From Escherichia coli (GTDB lineage: Bacteria > Pseudomonadota > Gammaproteobacteria > Enterobacterales > Enterobacteriaceae): DNA of 64,000 nucleotides. This document shows positions 16,311-29,204 of the stretch, one piece after another. The stretch is from the NCBI RefSeq assembly GCF_003334335.1, contig NZ_QOWQ01000010.1, one strand, 5' to 3'. The notes under the pieces are model-generated. The model did no database searches, was not told where the DNA came from, and was given only the letters and a program-made list of their open reading frames with translations. A program made the position numbers and the translations under genes. Each line of letters opens with the position of its first letter. Position 1 is the stretch's first letter.

Positions 16311-17640
16311 TCGTAAATATTTCGGTACCGATGGGATTCGTGGTCGTGTAGGGGATGCGCCGATCACACCTGATTTTGTGCTTAAGCTGGGTTGGGCCGC
16401 GGGTAAAGTGCTGGCGCGCCACGGCTCCCGTAAGATTATTATTGGTAAAGACACGCGTATTTCTGGCTATATGCTGGAGTCAGCACTGGAAGCGGGTCTG
16501 GCGGCAGCGGGCCTTTCCGCACTCTTCACTGGCCCGATGCCAACACCGGCCGTGGCTTATCTGACGCGTACCTTCCGCGCAGAGGCCGGAATTGTGATAT
16601 CTGCATCGCATAACCCGTTCTACGATAATGGCATTAAATTCTTCTCTATCGACGGCACCAAACTGCCGGATGCGGTAGAAGAGGCCATCGAAGCGGAAAT
16701 GGAAAAGGAGATCAGCTGCGTTGATTCGGCAGAACTGGGTAAAGCCAGCCGTATCGTTGATGCCGCGGGTCGCTATATCGAGTTTTGCAAAGCCACGTTC
16801 CCGAACGAACTTAGCCTCAGTGAACTGAAGATTGTGGTGGATTGTGCAAACGGTGCGACTTATCACATCGCGCCGAACGTGCTGCGCGAACTGGGGGCGA
16901 ACGTTATCGCTATCGGTTGTGAGCCAAACGGTGTAAACATCAATGCCGAAGTGGGGGCTACCGACGTTCGCGCGCTCCAGGCTCGTGTGCTGGCTGAAAA
17001 AGCGGATCTCGGTATTGCCTTCGACGGCGATGGCGATCGCGTGATTATGGTTGACCATGAAGGCAATAAAGTCGATGGCGATCAGATCATGTATATCATC
17101 GCGCGTGAAGGTCTTCGTCAGGGCCAGCTGCGTGGTGGCGCTGTGGGTACATTGATGAGCAACATGGGGCTTGAACTGGCGCTGAAACAGTTAGGAATTC
17201 CATTTGCGCGCGCGAAAGTGGGTGACCGCTACGTACTGGAAAAAATGCAGGAGAAAGGCTGGCGTATCGGTGCAGAGAATTCCGGTCATGTGATCCTGCT
17301 GGATAAAACTACTACCGGTGACGGCATCGTTGCTGGCTTGCAGGTGCTGGCGGCGATGGCACGTAACCATATGAGCCTGCACGACCTTTGCAGCGGCATG
17401 AAAATGTTCCCGCAGATTCTGGTTAACGTACGTTACACCGCAGGTAGCGGCGATCCACTTGAGCATGAGTCAGTTAAAGCCGTGACCGCAGAGGTTGAAG
17501 CTGCGCTGGGCAACCGTGGACGCGTGTTGCTGCGTAAATCCGGCACCGAACCGTTAATTCGCGTGATGGTGGAAGGCGAAGACGAAGCGCAGGTGACTGA
17601 ATTTGCACACCGCATCGCCGATGCAGTAAAAGCCGTTTAA
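16303..17640 (+). CDS. glmM: Phosphoglucosamine mutase GlmM
   Basis: 445-aa ORF with active-site ISASHNP motif; start overlaps folP stop by 8 nt. Confidence 0.96.
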
Positions 17641-17657
17641 AGCGTTAGATAACTGGC

Positions 17658-17686
17658 TAAAAAGGCGGCGATTGTCGCCTTTTTTC
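17658..17686 (+). terminator. Rho-independent terminator after glmM
   Basis: AAAAAGGCGGCGATTGTCGCCTTTTTT. Confidence 0.75.
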
Positions 17687-17867
17687 TCAGCGAACACATC
17701 GGTTTTGCTGTTTTTTTCCGCAGTTGATACAATGCGATAAAATTGCCCTTGCGAAGGTCATTCGCTTTGGTTAGTATTCACACCCGCTTCAGTGGGAAAG
17801 ATTAAAAACTCCCGCTTTATTGGTTGAAGCATTGGTACGCGGCAACTCCGCAAGGAACAGGTTGATT

Positions 17868-18200
17868 ATGTATGAAGCTCTTTTAGTAGTTTTCCTTATT
17901 GTGGCAATTGGCCTTGTTGGTCTGATCATGCTGCAGCAAGGTAAAGGCGCTGATATGGGAGCCTCCTTCGGAGCAGGCGCTTCCGCTACGCTGTTTGGTT
18001 CAAGTGGTTCTGGTAACTTCATGACCCGCATGACGGCGCTGCTGGCAACGTTATTCTTCATCATCAGTCTGGTGCTGGGTAACATCAATAGCAACAAAAC
18101 CAATAAAGGTAGCGAATGGGAAAATCTGAGTGCACCGGCGAAAACCGAACAAACTCAGCCAGCTGCTCCGGCTAAGCCGACCAGCGATATCCCGAACTAA
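17868..18200 (+). CDS. secG: Protein-export membrane protein SecG
   Basis: ORF-track 17820..18200 (TTG start) trimmed to ATG 17868 (MYEALLVVFLIVAIGLVGLIMLQQGKGADMG), 110 aa. Confidence 0.93.
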   Translation: MYEALLVVFLIVAIGLVGLIMLQQGKGADMGASFGAGASATLFGSSGSGNFMTRMTALLATLFFIISLVLGNINSNKTNKGSEWENLSAPAKTEQTQPAAPAKPTSDIPN

Positions 18201-18214
18201 AAAGTAGTATCCGT

Positions 18215-18301
18215 GCCGAGGTGGTGGAATTGGTAGACACGCTACCTTGAGGTGGTAGTGCCCAATAGGGCTTACGGGTTCAAGTCCCGTCCTCGGTACC
18301 A
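18215..18301 (+). tRNA. leuU: tRNA-Leu
   Basis: 87-nt sequence GCCGAGGTGGTGGAATTGGTAGACACGC...GGGTTCAAGTCCCGTCCTCGGTACCA with long variable arm and encoded CCA, 14 nt after secG stop. Confidence 0.93.
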
Positions 18302-18309
18302 AATTCCAG

Positions 18310-18340
18310 AAAAGAGACGCTGAAAAGCGTCTTTTTTCGT
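18310..18340 (+). terminator. Rho-independent terminator after secG-leuU
   Basis: AGAGACGCTGAAAAGCGTCTTTTTTCG immediately after tRNA-Leu. Confidence 0.75.
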
Positions 18341-18759
18341 TTTGGTCCTGGTCTGAGGAATGGTTGTCAGGTATCTGTATCTCGTCCAGTTGCTTTACTC
18401 GTAGCTGGTACCTTGAAACGATGGTGCCGGTACGCCTTAGTTATAAATTTTTCCCTTCTACTGACATAATTGGCACTTTATTGTGTCAACTCCAGTTCCG
18501 GTACGAATACGGATATGTTTACTTCTCGATAAACCATCCTGCTCCTGTCAGTATAACGACTGATGGCTACGTTCTGCGTAATGTTTAGAGACGCATTGAT
18601 AATGTTATTTAATTACTGAGAACGCAATGGCCGCATCATTTAAAAAGAAAAAACTAACAGTGTTTCGTTCTGATATGGATCAGAGTTGAAAAACATGTCT
18701 GATATAAAATTAAACATTGTTGATAATTGTTTATATTGGTTGTGAACTTGGATTTCTGG

Positions 18760-20385
18760 ATGACAGTATTCAACAAATTTGCTAGAACTTTTAAATCTCA
18801 TTGGTTGTTGTATCTTTGTGTTATTGTTTTTGGTATTACGAACTTAGTCGCTTCTTCCGGAGCGCATATGGTTCAGCGCTTGCTGTTCTTCGTTCTGACC
18901 ATCCTGGTTGTAAAACGTATATCATCCCTTCCGCTTCGCCTGCTTGTTGCCGCACCATTTGTGTTACTGACTGCGGCAGACATGAGTATTAGCCTCTATT
19001 CATGGTGTACCTTTGGTACAACTTTCAATGATGGATTTGCGATTAGTGTGCTCCAGAGTGATCCGGATGAAGTTGTCAAAATGCTGGGGATGTATATCCC
19101 TTATCTATGTGCCTTTGCTTTTTTATCCCTTCTTTTTTTGGCAGTAATAATAAAATATGATGTTTCCTTGCCGACAAAAAAAGTGACAGGAATATTATTG
19201 CTGATTGTCATTTCGGGCAGTTTATTTTCCGCTTGTCAATTTGCTTATAAAGATGCAAAAAATAAAAAAGCGTTCAGTCCATATATACTAGCGTCGCGAT
19301 TTGCTACCTATACGCCGTTTTTCAATCTCAACTATTTTGCTTTAGCAGCGAAAGAGCATCAAAGATTACTCTCAATTGCAAACACGGTGCCGTATTTTCA
19401 ATTATCAGTCAGGGATACAGGTATTGATACCTACGTGTTGATTGTGGGGGAGTCTGTACGTGTCGACAATATGTCTTTGTATGGATATACACGCTCTACG
19501 ACACCGCAAGTTGAAGCACAAAGAAAACAGATCAAACTGTTTAATCAAGCAATAAGCGGCGCACCTTACACTGCGCTGTCGGTTCCCCTTTCTTTAACTG
19601 CTGATTCTGTTTTGAGTCATGACATTCATAATTACCCCGACAACATTATTAATATGGCTAATCAAGCAGGATTTCAGACTTTCTGGCTAAGCTCGCAATC
19701 CGCTTTTCGGCAGAATGGTACAGCAGTTACCAGTATCGCCATGCGCGCCATGGAAACAGTTTATGTCAGAGGATTTGATGAATTGTTGTTGCCGCATTTA
19801 TCGCAAGCATTACAGCAAAATACGCAGCAAAAGAAACTGATTGTTCTTCATTTAAATGGAAGCCATGAACCGGCTTGTAGCGCCTATCCGCAATCCAGCG
19901 CCGTGTTTCAACCGCAGGACGATCAGGATGCCTGCTATGACAACTCCATTCATTACACAGATAGTTTGCTAGGTCAGGTTTTTGAATTATTAAAAGATCG
20001 CCGCGCCTCGGTCATGTATTTTGCCGACCACGGCCTGGAACGTGACCCTACGAAGAAGAACGTCTATTTTCATGGAGGCAGGGAGGCTAGCCAGCAGGCA
20101 TATCATGTCCCGATGTTTATCTGGTATAGCCCCGTTCTTGGGGATGGCGTGGATCGCACAACGGAAAACAACATCTTTTCGACAGCTTACAATAATTACC
20201 TTATTAATGCGTGGATGGGGGTAACAAAGCCGGAACAGCCGCAAACGCTTGAGGAAGTGATTGCACACTATAAAGGAGACTCACGGGTTGTGGATGCAAA
20301 CCATGATGTTTTCGATTATGTGATGCTCAGAAAGGAGTTTACAGAGGATAAGCAAGGTAACCCCACCCCTGAAGGGCAGGGTTGA
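18760..20385 (+). CDS. yhbX: Sulfatase-family membrane protein YhbX (EptA-like putative phosphoethanolamine transferase)
   Basis: ORF-track 18727..20385 trimmed to ATG 18760 (MTVFNKFARTFKSHWLL...), 541 aa; N-terminal TM segments plus C-terminal sulfatase-like domain; AT-rich. Confidence 0.85.
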   Translation: MTVFNKFARTFKSHWLLYLCVIVFGITNLVASSGAHMVQRLLFFVLTILVVKRISSLPLRLLVAAPFVLLTAADMSISLYSWCTFGTTFNDGFAISVLQSDPDEVVKMLGMYIPYLCAFAFLSLLFLAVIIKYDVSLPTKKVTGILLLIVISGSLFSACQFAYKDAKNKKAFSPYILASRFATYTPFFNLNYFALAAKEHQRLLSIANTVPYFQLSVRDTGIDTYVLIVGESVRVDNMSLYGYTRSTTPQVEAQRKQIKLFNQAISGAPYTALSVPLSLTADSVLSHDIHNYPDNIINMANQAGFQTFWLSSQSAFRQNGTAVTSIAMRAMETVYVRGFDELLLPHLSQALQQNTQQKKLIVLHLNGSHEPACSAYPQSSAVFQPQDDQDACYDNSIHYTDSLLGQVFELLKDRRASVMYFADHGLERDPTKKNVYFHGGREASQQAYHVPMFIWYSPVLGDGVDRTTENNIFSTAYNNYLINAWMGVTKPEQPQTLEEVIAHYKGDSRVVDANHDVFDYVMLRKEFTEDKQGNPTPEGQG

Positions 20386-20392
20386 TGTCGAA

Positions 20393-21751
<1,359 letters not shown>

Positions 21752-21786
21752 TTAATTAACTGATGATGAGCCTGGATTTCCGCTCT

Positions 21787-21825
21787 CACTGAATTTTTAT
21801 GCAAAATAAATGAGTTTTCATTTAA
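21787..21825 (-). promoter_or_regulatory. Candidate tandem ARG boxes (ArgR operator) in argG promoter
   Basis: Two adjacent 18-bp elements CACTGAATTTTTATGCAAAA and ATAAATGAGTTTTCATTTAA resembling TnTGAATwwwwATTCAnw, 50-90 bp upstream of the argG start codon. Confidence 0.45.
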
Positions 21826-21961
21826 TCATCTTTTATCGGAGACAGGAAGAGTTTAGTGTGTTTTTTGTAAAATAATGCGCTTAAGGGAGAGCAGGAGAAG
21901 GCAAAAGTATTCAACAAATGAAAGTGAACTGGATATTCATTCACATGATTAGCAATAAACG

Positions 21962-21991
21962 TTGACAAAATGTGGCGTGGATCACTATAAT
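21962..21991 (+). promoter_or_regulatory. Near-consensus sigma70 promoter upstream of metY (distal promoter candidate)
   Basis: TTGACA (21962-21967), 18-bp spacer, TATAAT (21986-21991). Confidence 0.5.
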
Positions 21992-22038
21992 GCCTGCAGA
22001 TTTTACGTCCCGTCTCGGTACACCAAATCCCAGCAGTA

Positions 22039-22068
22039 TTTGCATTTTTTACCCAAAACGAGTAGAAT
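22039..22068 (+). promoter_or_regulatory. Candidate proximal promoter of metY
   Basis: TTGCAT (22039-22044), 18-bp spacer, TAGAAT (22063-22068); tRNA starts at 22084. Confidence 0.5.
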
Positions 22069-22083
22069 TTGCCACGTTTCAGG

Positions 22084-22160
<77 letters not shown>

Positions 22161-22281
22161 CTTTCCCTTAGAGTCCTTTTTCAAATATACTGTGAAGACT
22201 TCGGCCTTCGTAGTGGGATTTGAAAAAATCCTTCTGGAAAGTGCTCCAGACCGCAGTTGCGGTTATAGGGTTCAGTTATAT

Positions 22282-22308
22282 AAAGCCCCGATTTATCGGG
22301 GTTTTTTG
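22282..22308 (+). terminator. Terminator/attenuator between metY and rimP
   Basis: AAAGCCCCGATTTATCGGGGTTTTTTG between the tRNA and the rimP start. Confidence 0.7.
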
Positions 22309-22366
22309 TTATCTGACTACAGAATAACTGGGCTTTAGGCCCTTTTTTTATGTCTTGGGGGTGGGC

Positions 22367-22819
22367 TTGTCCACATTAGAGCAAAAATTAACAGAGATGA
22401 TTACTGCGCCAGTTGAGGCCCTGGGTTTTGAACTGGTTGGCATCGAATTTATTCGCGGTCGCACATCCACACTGCGCATCTATATTGATAGTGAAGATGG
22501 CATCAATGTTGATGATTGTGCTGATGTGAGCCACCAGGTAAGTGCTGTGCTGGATGTTGAAGATCCCATCACCGTTGCTTATAACCTGGAAGTCTCCTCA
22601 CCGGGTCTCGATCGCCCACTGTTCACGGCTGAACACTACGCCCGTTTTGTCGGAGAAGAGGTGACTCTGGTTCTCCGTATGGCGGTACAAAACCGTCGTA
22701 AATGGCAGGGCGTTATCAAAGCGGTAGACGGTGAAATGATCACAGTTACCGTCGAAGGTAAAGATGAAGTGTTCGCGCTGAGTAATATCCAGAAGGCGAA
22801 CCTGGTTCCCCACTTTTAA
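22367..22819 (+). CDS. rimP: Ribosome maturation factor RimP
   Basis: ORF-track 22355..22819; start placed at in-frame TTG 22367 (150 aa, [25 protein letters not shown]...) from remembered N-terminus; no in-frame ATG nearby. Confidence 0.88.
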
Positions 22820-22846
22820 TAGTCTGGATGAGGTGAAAAGCCCGCG

Positions 22847-24334
<1,488 letters not shown>

Positions 24335-24358
24335 TAAACTGTAGCAGGAAGGAACAGC

Positions 24359-27031
24359 ATGACAGATGTAACGATTAAAACGCTGGCCGCAGAGCGACAG
24401 ACCTCCGTGGAACGCCTGGTACAGCAATTTGCTGATGCAGGTATCCGGAAGTCTGCTGACGACTCTGTGTCTGCACAAGAGAAACAGACTTTGATTGACC
24501 ACCTGAATCAGAAAAATTCAGGCCCGGACAAATTGACGCTGCAACGTAAAACACGCAGCACCCTTAACATTCCTGGTACCGGTGGAAAAAGCAAATCGGT
24601 ACAAATCGAAGTCCGCAAGAAACGCACCTTTGTGAAACGCGATCCGCAAGAGGCTGAACGCCTTGCAGCGGAAGAGCAAGCGCAGCGTGAAGCGGAAGAG
24701 CAAGCCCGTCGTGAGGCAGAAGAATCGGCTAAACGCGAGGCGCAACAAAAAGCTGAACGTGAGGCCGCAGAACAAGCTAAGCGTGAAGCTGCTGAACAAG
24801 CGAAACGTGAAGCTGCGGAAAAAGACAAAGTGAGCAATCAACAAGACGATATGACTAAAAACGCCCAGGCTGAAAAAGCCCGCCGTGAGCAGGAAGCTGC
24901 AGAGCTCAAGCGTAAAGCTGAAGAAGAAGCGCGTCGTAAACTCGAAGAAGAAGCACGTCGCGTTGCTGAAGAAGCACGTCGTATGGCGGAAGAAAACAAA
25001 TGGACTGATAACGCGGAACCGACTGAAGATTCCAGCGATTATCACGTCACTACTTCTCAACATGCTCGCCAGGCAGAAGACGAAAGCGATCGTGAAGTCG
25101 AAGGCGGCCGTGGCCGTGGTCGTAACGCGAAAGCAGCGCGTCCGAAGAAAGGCAACAAACACGCTGAATCAAAAGCTGATCGTGAAGAAGCACGCGCAGC
25201 AGTACGTGGCGGTAAAGGCGGAAAACGTAAAGGTTCTTCGCTGCAGCAAGGCTTCCAGAAGCCTGCTCAGGCCGTTAACCGTGACGTTGTGATCGGCGAA
25301 ACTATCACCGTTGGCGAACTGGCGAACAAGATGGCGGTTAAAGGCTCTCAGGTCATCAAAGCGATGATGAAACTGGGCGCAATGGCAACCATCAACCAGG
25401 TTATCGATCAGGAAACCGCACAGCTGGTTGCTGAAGAGATGGGCCATAAAGTTATCCTGCGTCGTGAAAACGAGCTGGAAGAGGCGGTAATGAGCGACCG
25501 TGACACGGGTGCTGCGGCTGAACCGCGCGCGCCGGTTGTGACCATCATGGGTCACGTTGACCACGGTAAAACCTCTCTGCTGGACTACATTCGTTCAACG
25601 AAAGTGGCCTCTGGCGAAGCGGGCGGCATTACCCAGCACATTGGTGCATACCACGTTGAAACTGAAAACGGCATGATCACCTTCCTGGACACCCCGGGGC
25701 ACGCCGCGTTTACTTCAATGCGTGCTCGTGGTGCGCAGGCAACGGACATCGTAGTCCTGGTTGTTGCTGCCGACGACGGTGTGATGCCGCAGACCATCGA
25801 AGCAATCCAGCACGCGAAAGCGGCGCAGGTACCGGTGGTGGTTGCAGTGAACAAGATCGATAAACCAGAAGCTGATCCGGATCGCGTTAAGAACGAACTC
25901 TCCCAGTACGGCATCCTGCCGGAAGAGTGGGGCGGTGAAAGCCAGTTCGTACACGTATCTGCGAAAGCGGGTACCGGTATCGATGAACTGCTGGACGCTA
26001 TCCTGCTGCAGGCGGAAGTTCTGGAGCTGAAAGCGGTACGTAAAGGTATGGCGAGCGGTGCGGTTATCGAATCCTTCCTCGATAAAGGTCGTGGTCCGGT
26101 TGCTACCGTTCTGGTACGTGAAGGTACTCTGCACAAGGGCGATATCGTTCTGTGTGGCTTCGAATACGGTCGTGTTCGTGCGATGCGTAACGAACTGGGT
26201 CAGGAAGTGCTGGAAGCGGGTCCGTCCATTCCGGTGGAAATCCTCGGCCTGTCCGGCGTACCGGCTGCGGGTGATGAAGTTACCGTTGTACGTGACGAGA
26301 AGAAAGCGCGTGAAGTTGCACTCTATCGTCAGGGTAAATTCCGCGAAGTTAAACTGGCGCGTCAGCAGAAATCTAAACTCGAGAACATGTTCGCCAACAT
26401 GACCGAAGGCGAAGTTCACGAAGTGAATATCGTCCTGAAGGCAGACGTACAGGGTTCTGTCGAAGCGATCTCCGACTCCTTGCTGAAACTGTCTACTGAC
26501 GAAGTTAAAGTGAAGATCATCGGTTCTGGCGTAGGTGGTATCACCGAAACCGACGCCACCCTGGCTGCGGCGTCCAACGCCATCCTGGTTGGCTTTAACG
26601 TACGTGCTGATGCCTCTGCACGTAAAGTGATTGAAGCGGAAAGCCTGGATCTGCGTTACTACTCCGTCATCTATAACCTGATTGACGAAGTGAAAGCGGC
26701 GATGAGCGGTATGCTGTCTCCGGAACTGAAACAGCAGATTATCGGTCTGGCGGAAGTTCGTGACGTGTTCAAATCGCCGAAATTTGGTGCCATCGCAGGC
26801 TGTATGGTTACCGAAGGTGTGGTTAAACGTCACAACCCGATCCGCGTTCTGCGTGACAACGTGGTTATCTACGAAGGCGAGCTGGAGTCCCTGCGCCGCT
26901 TCAAAGATGACGTTAACGAAGTCCGTAACGGTATGGAATGTGGTATCGGCGTTAAGAACTACAACGACGTCCGCACTGGCGATGTGATCGAAGTATTCGA
27001 AATCATCGAGATCCAACGTACCATTGCTTAA
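24359..27031 (+). CDS. infB: Translation initiation factor IF-2
   Basis: 890-aa ORF with charged AEEQA/REAE repeat region and G-domain GHVDHGKT. Confidence 0.97.
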
Positions 27032-27039
27032 GGTTTTTA

Positions 27040-27125
27040 GGGTTCCATGCGGGATAAGGCGTTTACGCTGCATCCGGCATGGATTGCCTGATGTGACGCT
27101 GGCGCGTCTTATCAGGTCAACGTGA
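27040..27125. repeat. REP/BIME-type palindromic repeat
   Basis: GGGATAAGGCGTTTACGCTGCATCCGGCA and inverted partner ...CGCGTCTTATCAGG between infB and rbfA. Confidence 0.65.
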
Positions 27126-27153
27126 ACAGCCCTTCCACCTGAAATTAATTTTA

Positions 27154-27180
27154 AAAAGGGGCTAACAGCCCCTTTTTTGT
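27154..27180 (+). terminator. Hairpin plus U-tract immediately upstream of rbfA (possible attenuator/processing site)
   Basis: AAAAAGGGGCTAACAGCCCCTTTTTTG ending 15 nt before the rbfA ATG. Confidence 0.5.
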
Positions 27181-27194
27181 CAGGAGAATTTATT

Positions 27195-27596
27195 ATGGCG
27201 AAAGAATTTGGTCGCCCGCAGCGCGTAGCGCAGGAAATGCAAAAAGAGATCGCTCTCATCCTGCAGCGTGAAATTAAAGATCCTCGCCTGGGCATGATGA
27301 CCACCGTTTCCGGTGTCGAAATGTCTCGCGACCTGGCGTATGCCAAAGTATATGTGACGTTCCTCAACGACAAAGATGAAGACGCGGTTAAAGCGGGCAT
27401 CAAAGCGTTGCAAGAAGCTTCTGGTTTCATCCGCAGCCTGCTGGGGAAAGCGATGCGCCTGCGTATCGTGCCGGAACTGACCTTCTTCTACGACAACTCT
27501 CTGGTTGAAGGGATGCGCATGTCAAACCTGGTGACCAGCGTGGTCAAACATGACGAAGAACGTCGTGTTAACCCGGACGACAGCAAGGAGGACTAA
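27195..27596 (+). CDS. rbfA: Ribosome-binding factor A
   Basis: ORF-track 27177..27596 (TTG) trimmed to ATG 27195 ([23 protein letters not shown]), 133 aa, SD CAGGAG upstream. Confidence 0.93.
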
Positions 27597-28540
27597 TGAG
27601 TCGTCCTCGTCGTCGCGGTCGCGACATTAACGGCGTTTTGTTGCTGGATAAACCTCAGGGTATGTCCAGCAACGATGCGCTGCAAAAAGTGAAACGTATA
27701 TATAACGCCAACCGTGCCGGGCATACCGGTGCGCTGGACCCGCTGGCGACCGGCATGTTGCCGATTTGCCTCGGGGAAGCGACGAAGTTTTCCCAGTATC
27801 TGCTGGACTCCGACAAACGCTATCGGGTCATTGCGCGTCTTGGACAGCGTACCGATACTTCTGATGCCGACGGACAGATCGTTGAAGAACGTCCGGTAAC
27901 CTTTAGCGCAGAGCAGCTGGCAGCGGCACTGGATACTTTCCGTGGCGATATCGAACAGATCCCTTCGATGTATTCAGCACTGAAATATCAGGGCAAAAAA
28001 CTGTACGAATATGCGCGTCAGGGCATTGAAGTTCCGCGTGAAGCGCGTCCGATTACCGTTTATGAATTGCTGTTTATTCGCCATGAAGGCAATGAGCTGG
28101 AGCTGGAAATTCACTGCTCAAAAGGCACTTATATCCGCACCATCATTGATGACCTGGGTGAAAAACTCGGCTGTGGCGCGCATGTTATTTACCTGCGCCG
28201 TCTGGCGGTAAGTAAATATCCGGTTGAACGGATGGTGACCCTGGAGCACCTGCGTGAACTTGTTGAGCAAGCTGAACAGCAGGATATTCCAGCCGCGGAG
28301 TTACTTGATCCATTACTGATGCCAATGGACAGTCCAGCTTCGGACTATCCGGTGGTGAATCTTCCGTTAACGTCTTCTGTTTACTTCAAAAATGGTAACC
28401 CGGTTCGTACATCTGGTGCGCCACTGGAAGGACTGGTTCGCGTCACGGAAGGTGAGAACGGCAAATTTATCGGTATGGGCGAAATTGACGATGAAGGCCG
28501 CGTTGCGCCTCGTCGCCTGGTGGTTGAATACCCGGCGTAA
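27596..28540 (+). CDS. truB: tRNA pseudouridine-55 synthase TruB
   Basis: 314-aa ORF with catalytic [12 protein letters not shown] motif; ATG overlaps rbfA stop (TAATG). Confidence 0.96.
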
Positions 28541-28592
28541 TGTTAACCGTCTTGCGATAACAGGTCGCTACGAGTAGAATATTGCCGCTTAA

Positions 28593-28958
<366 letters not shown>

Positions 28959-28972
28959 TTCTTGCGAGTTTC

Positions 28973-29003
28973 AGAAAAGGGGGCCTGAGTGGCCCCTTTT
29001 TTC
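28973..29003 (+). terminator. rpsO rho-independent terminator
   Basis: GAAAAGGGGGCCTGAGTGGCCCCTTTTTTC, 15 nt after rpsO stop. Confidence 0.8.
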
Positions 29004-29204
29004 AAGCTGACGGCAGCAATTCACTGGAAACTAATGTATTGTTGCTATGAATGATCTTCCGTTGCAGAGGTTCGCGCGGCTAATGAGAGGCTTTACCCAC
29101 ATAGAGCTGGGTTAGGGTTGTCATTAGTCGCGAGGATGCGCAGAAGATCGGGTATTAACACCAGTGCCGTAAGGTACTGTCTAAGAAAGAGAAAGGATAT
29201 TACA
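29004..29204 (+). promoter_or_regulatory. pnp 5' leader (autoregulatory, RNase III-processed region by established knowledge)
   Basis: About 200-nt untranslated leader between the rpsO terminator and the UUG start of pnp; exact structure not computed here. Confidence 0.5.

Noticed and set aside
18364-18588. 74-aa ORF in the AT-rich leuU-yhbX intergenic region
   Set aside because: No Shine-Dalgarno sequence, odd composition, and it sits in a probable promoter/silencer region; kept only as part of the yhbX leader finding.
25715-27430. 571-aa minus-strand ORF antisense to infB and rbfA
   Set aside because: Overlaps two strongly supported genes on the opposite strand, with no recognisable domain; shadow ORF.
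29118-29204. N-terminal extensions in ORF-track calls (pnp, deaD, folP, secG, lpoA, yraK, yraJ, agaD, yhbO, yraR and others)
   Set aside because: The ORF track opens at the first ATG/GTG/TTG after a stop; extensions lack SD sequences and conflict with known protein N-termini, so starts were trimmed.
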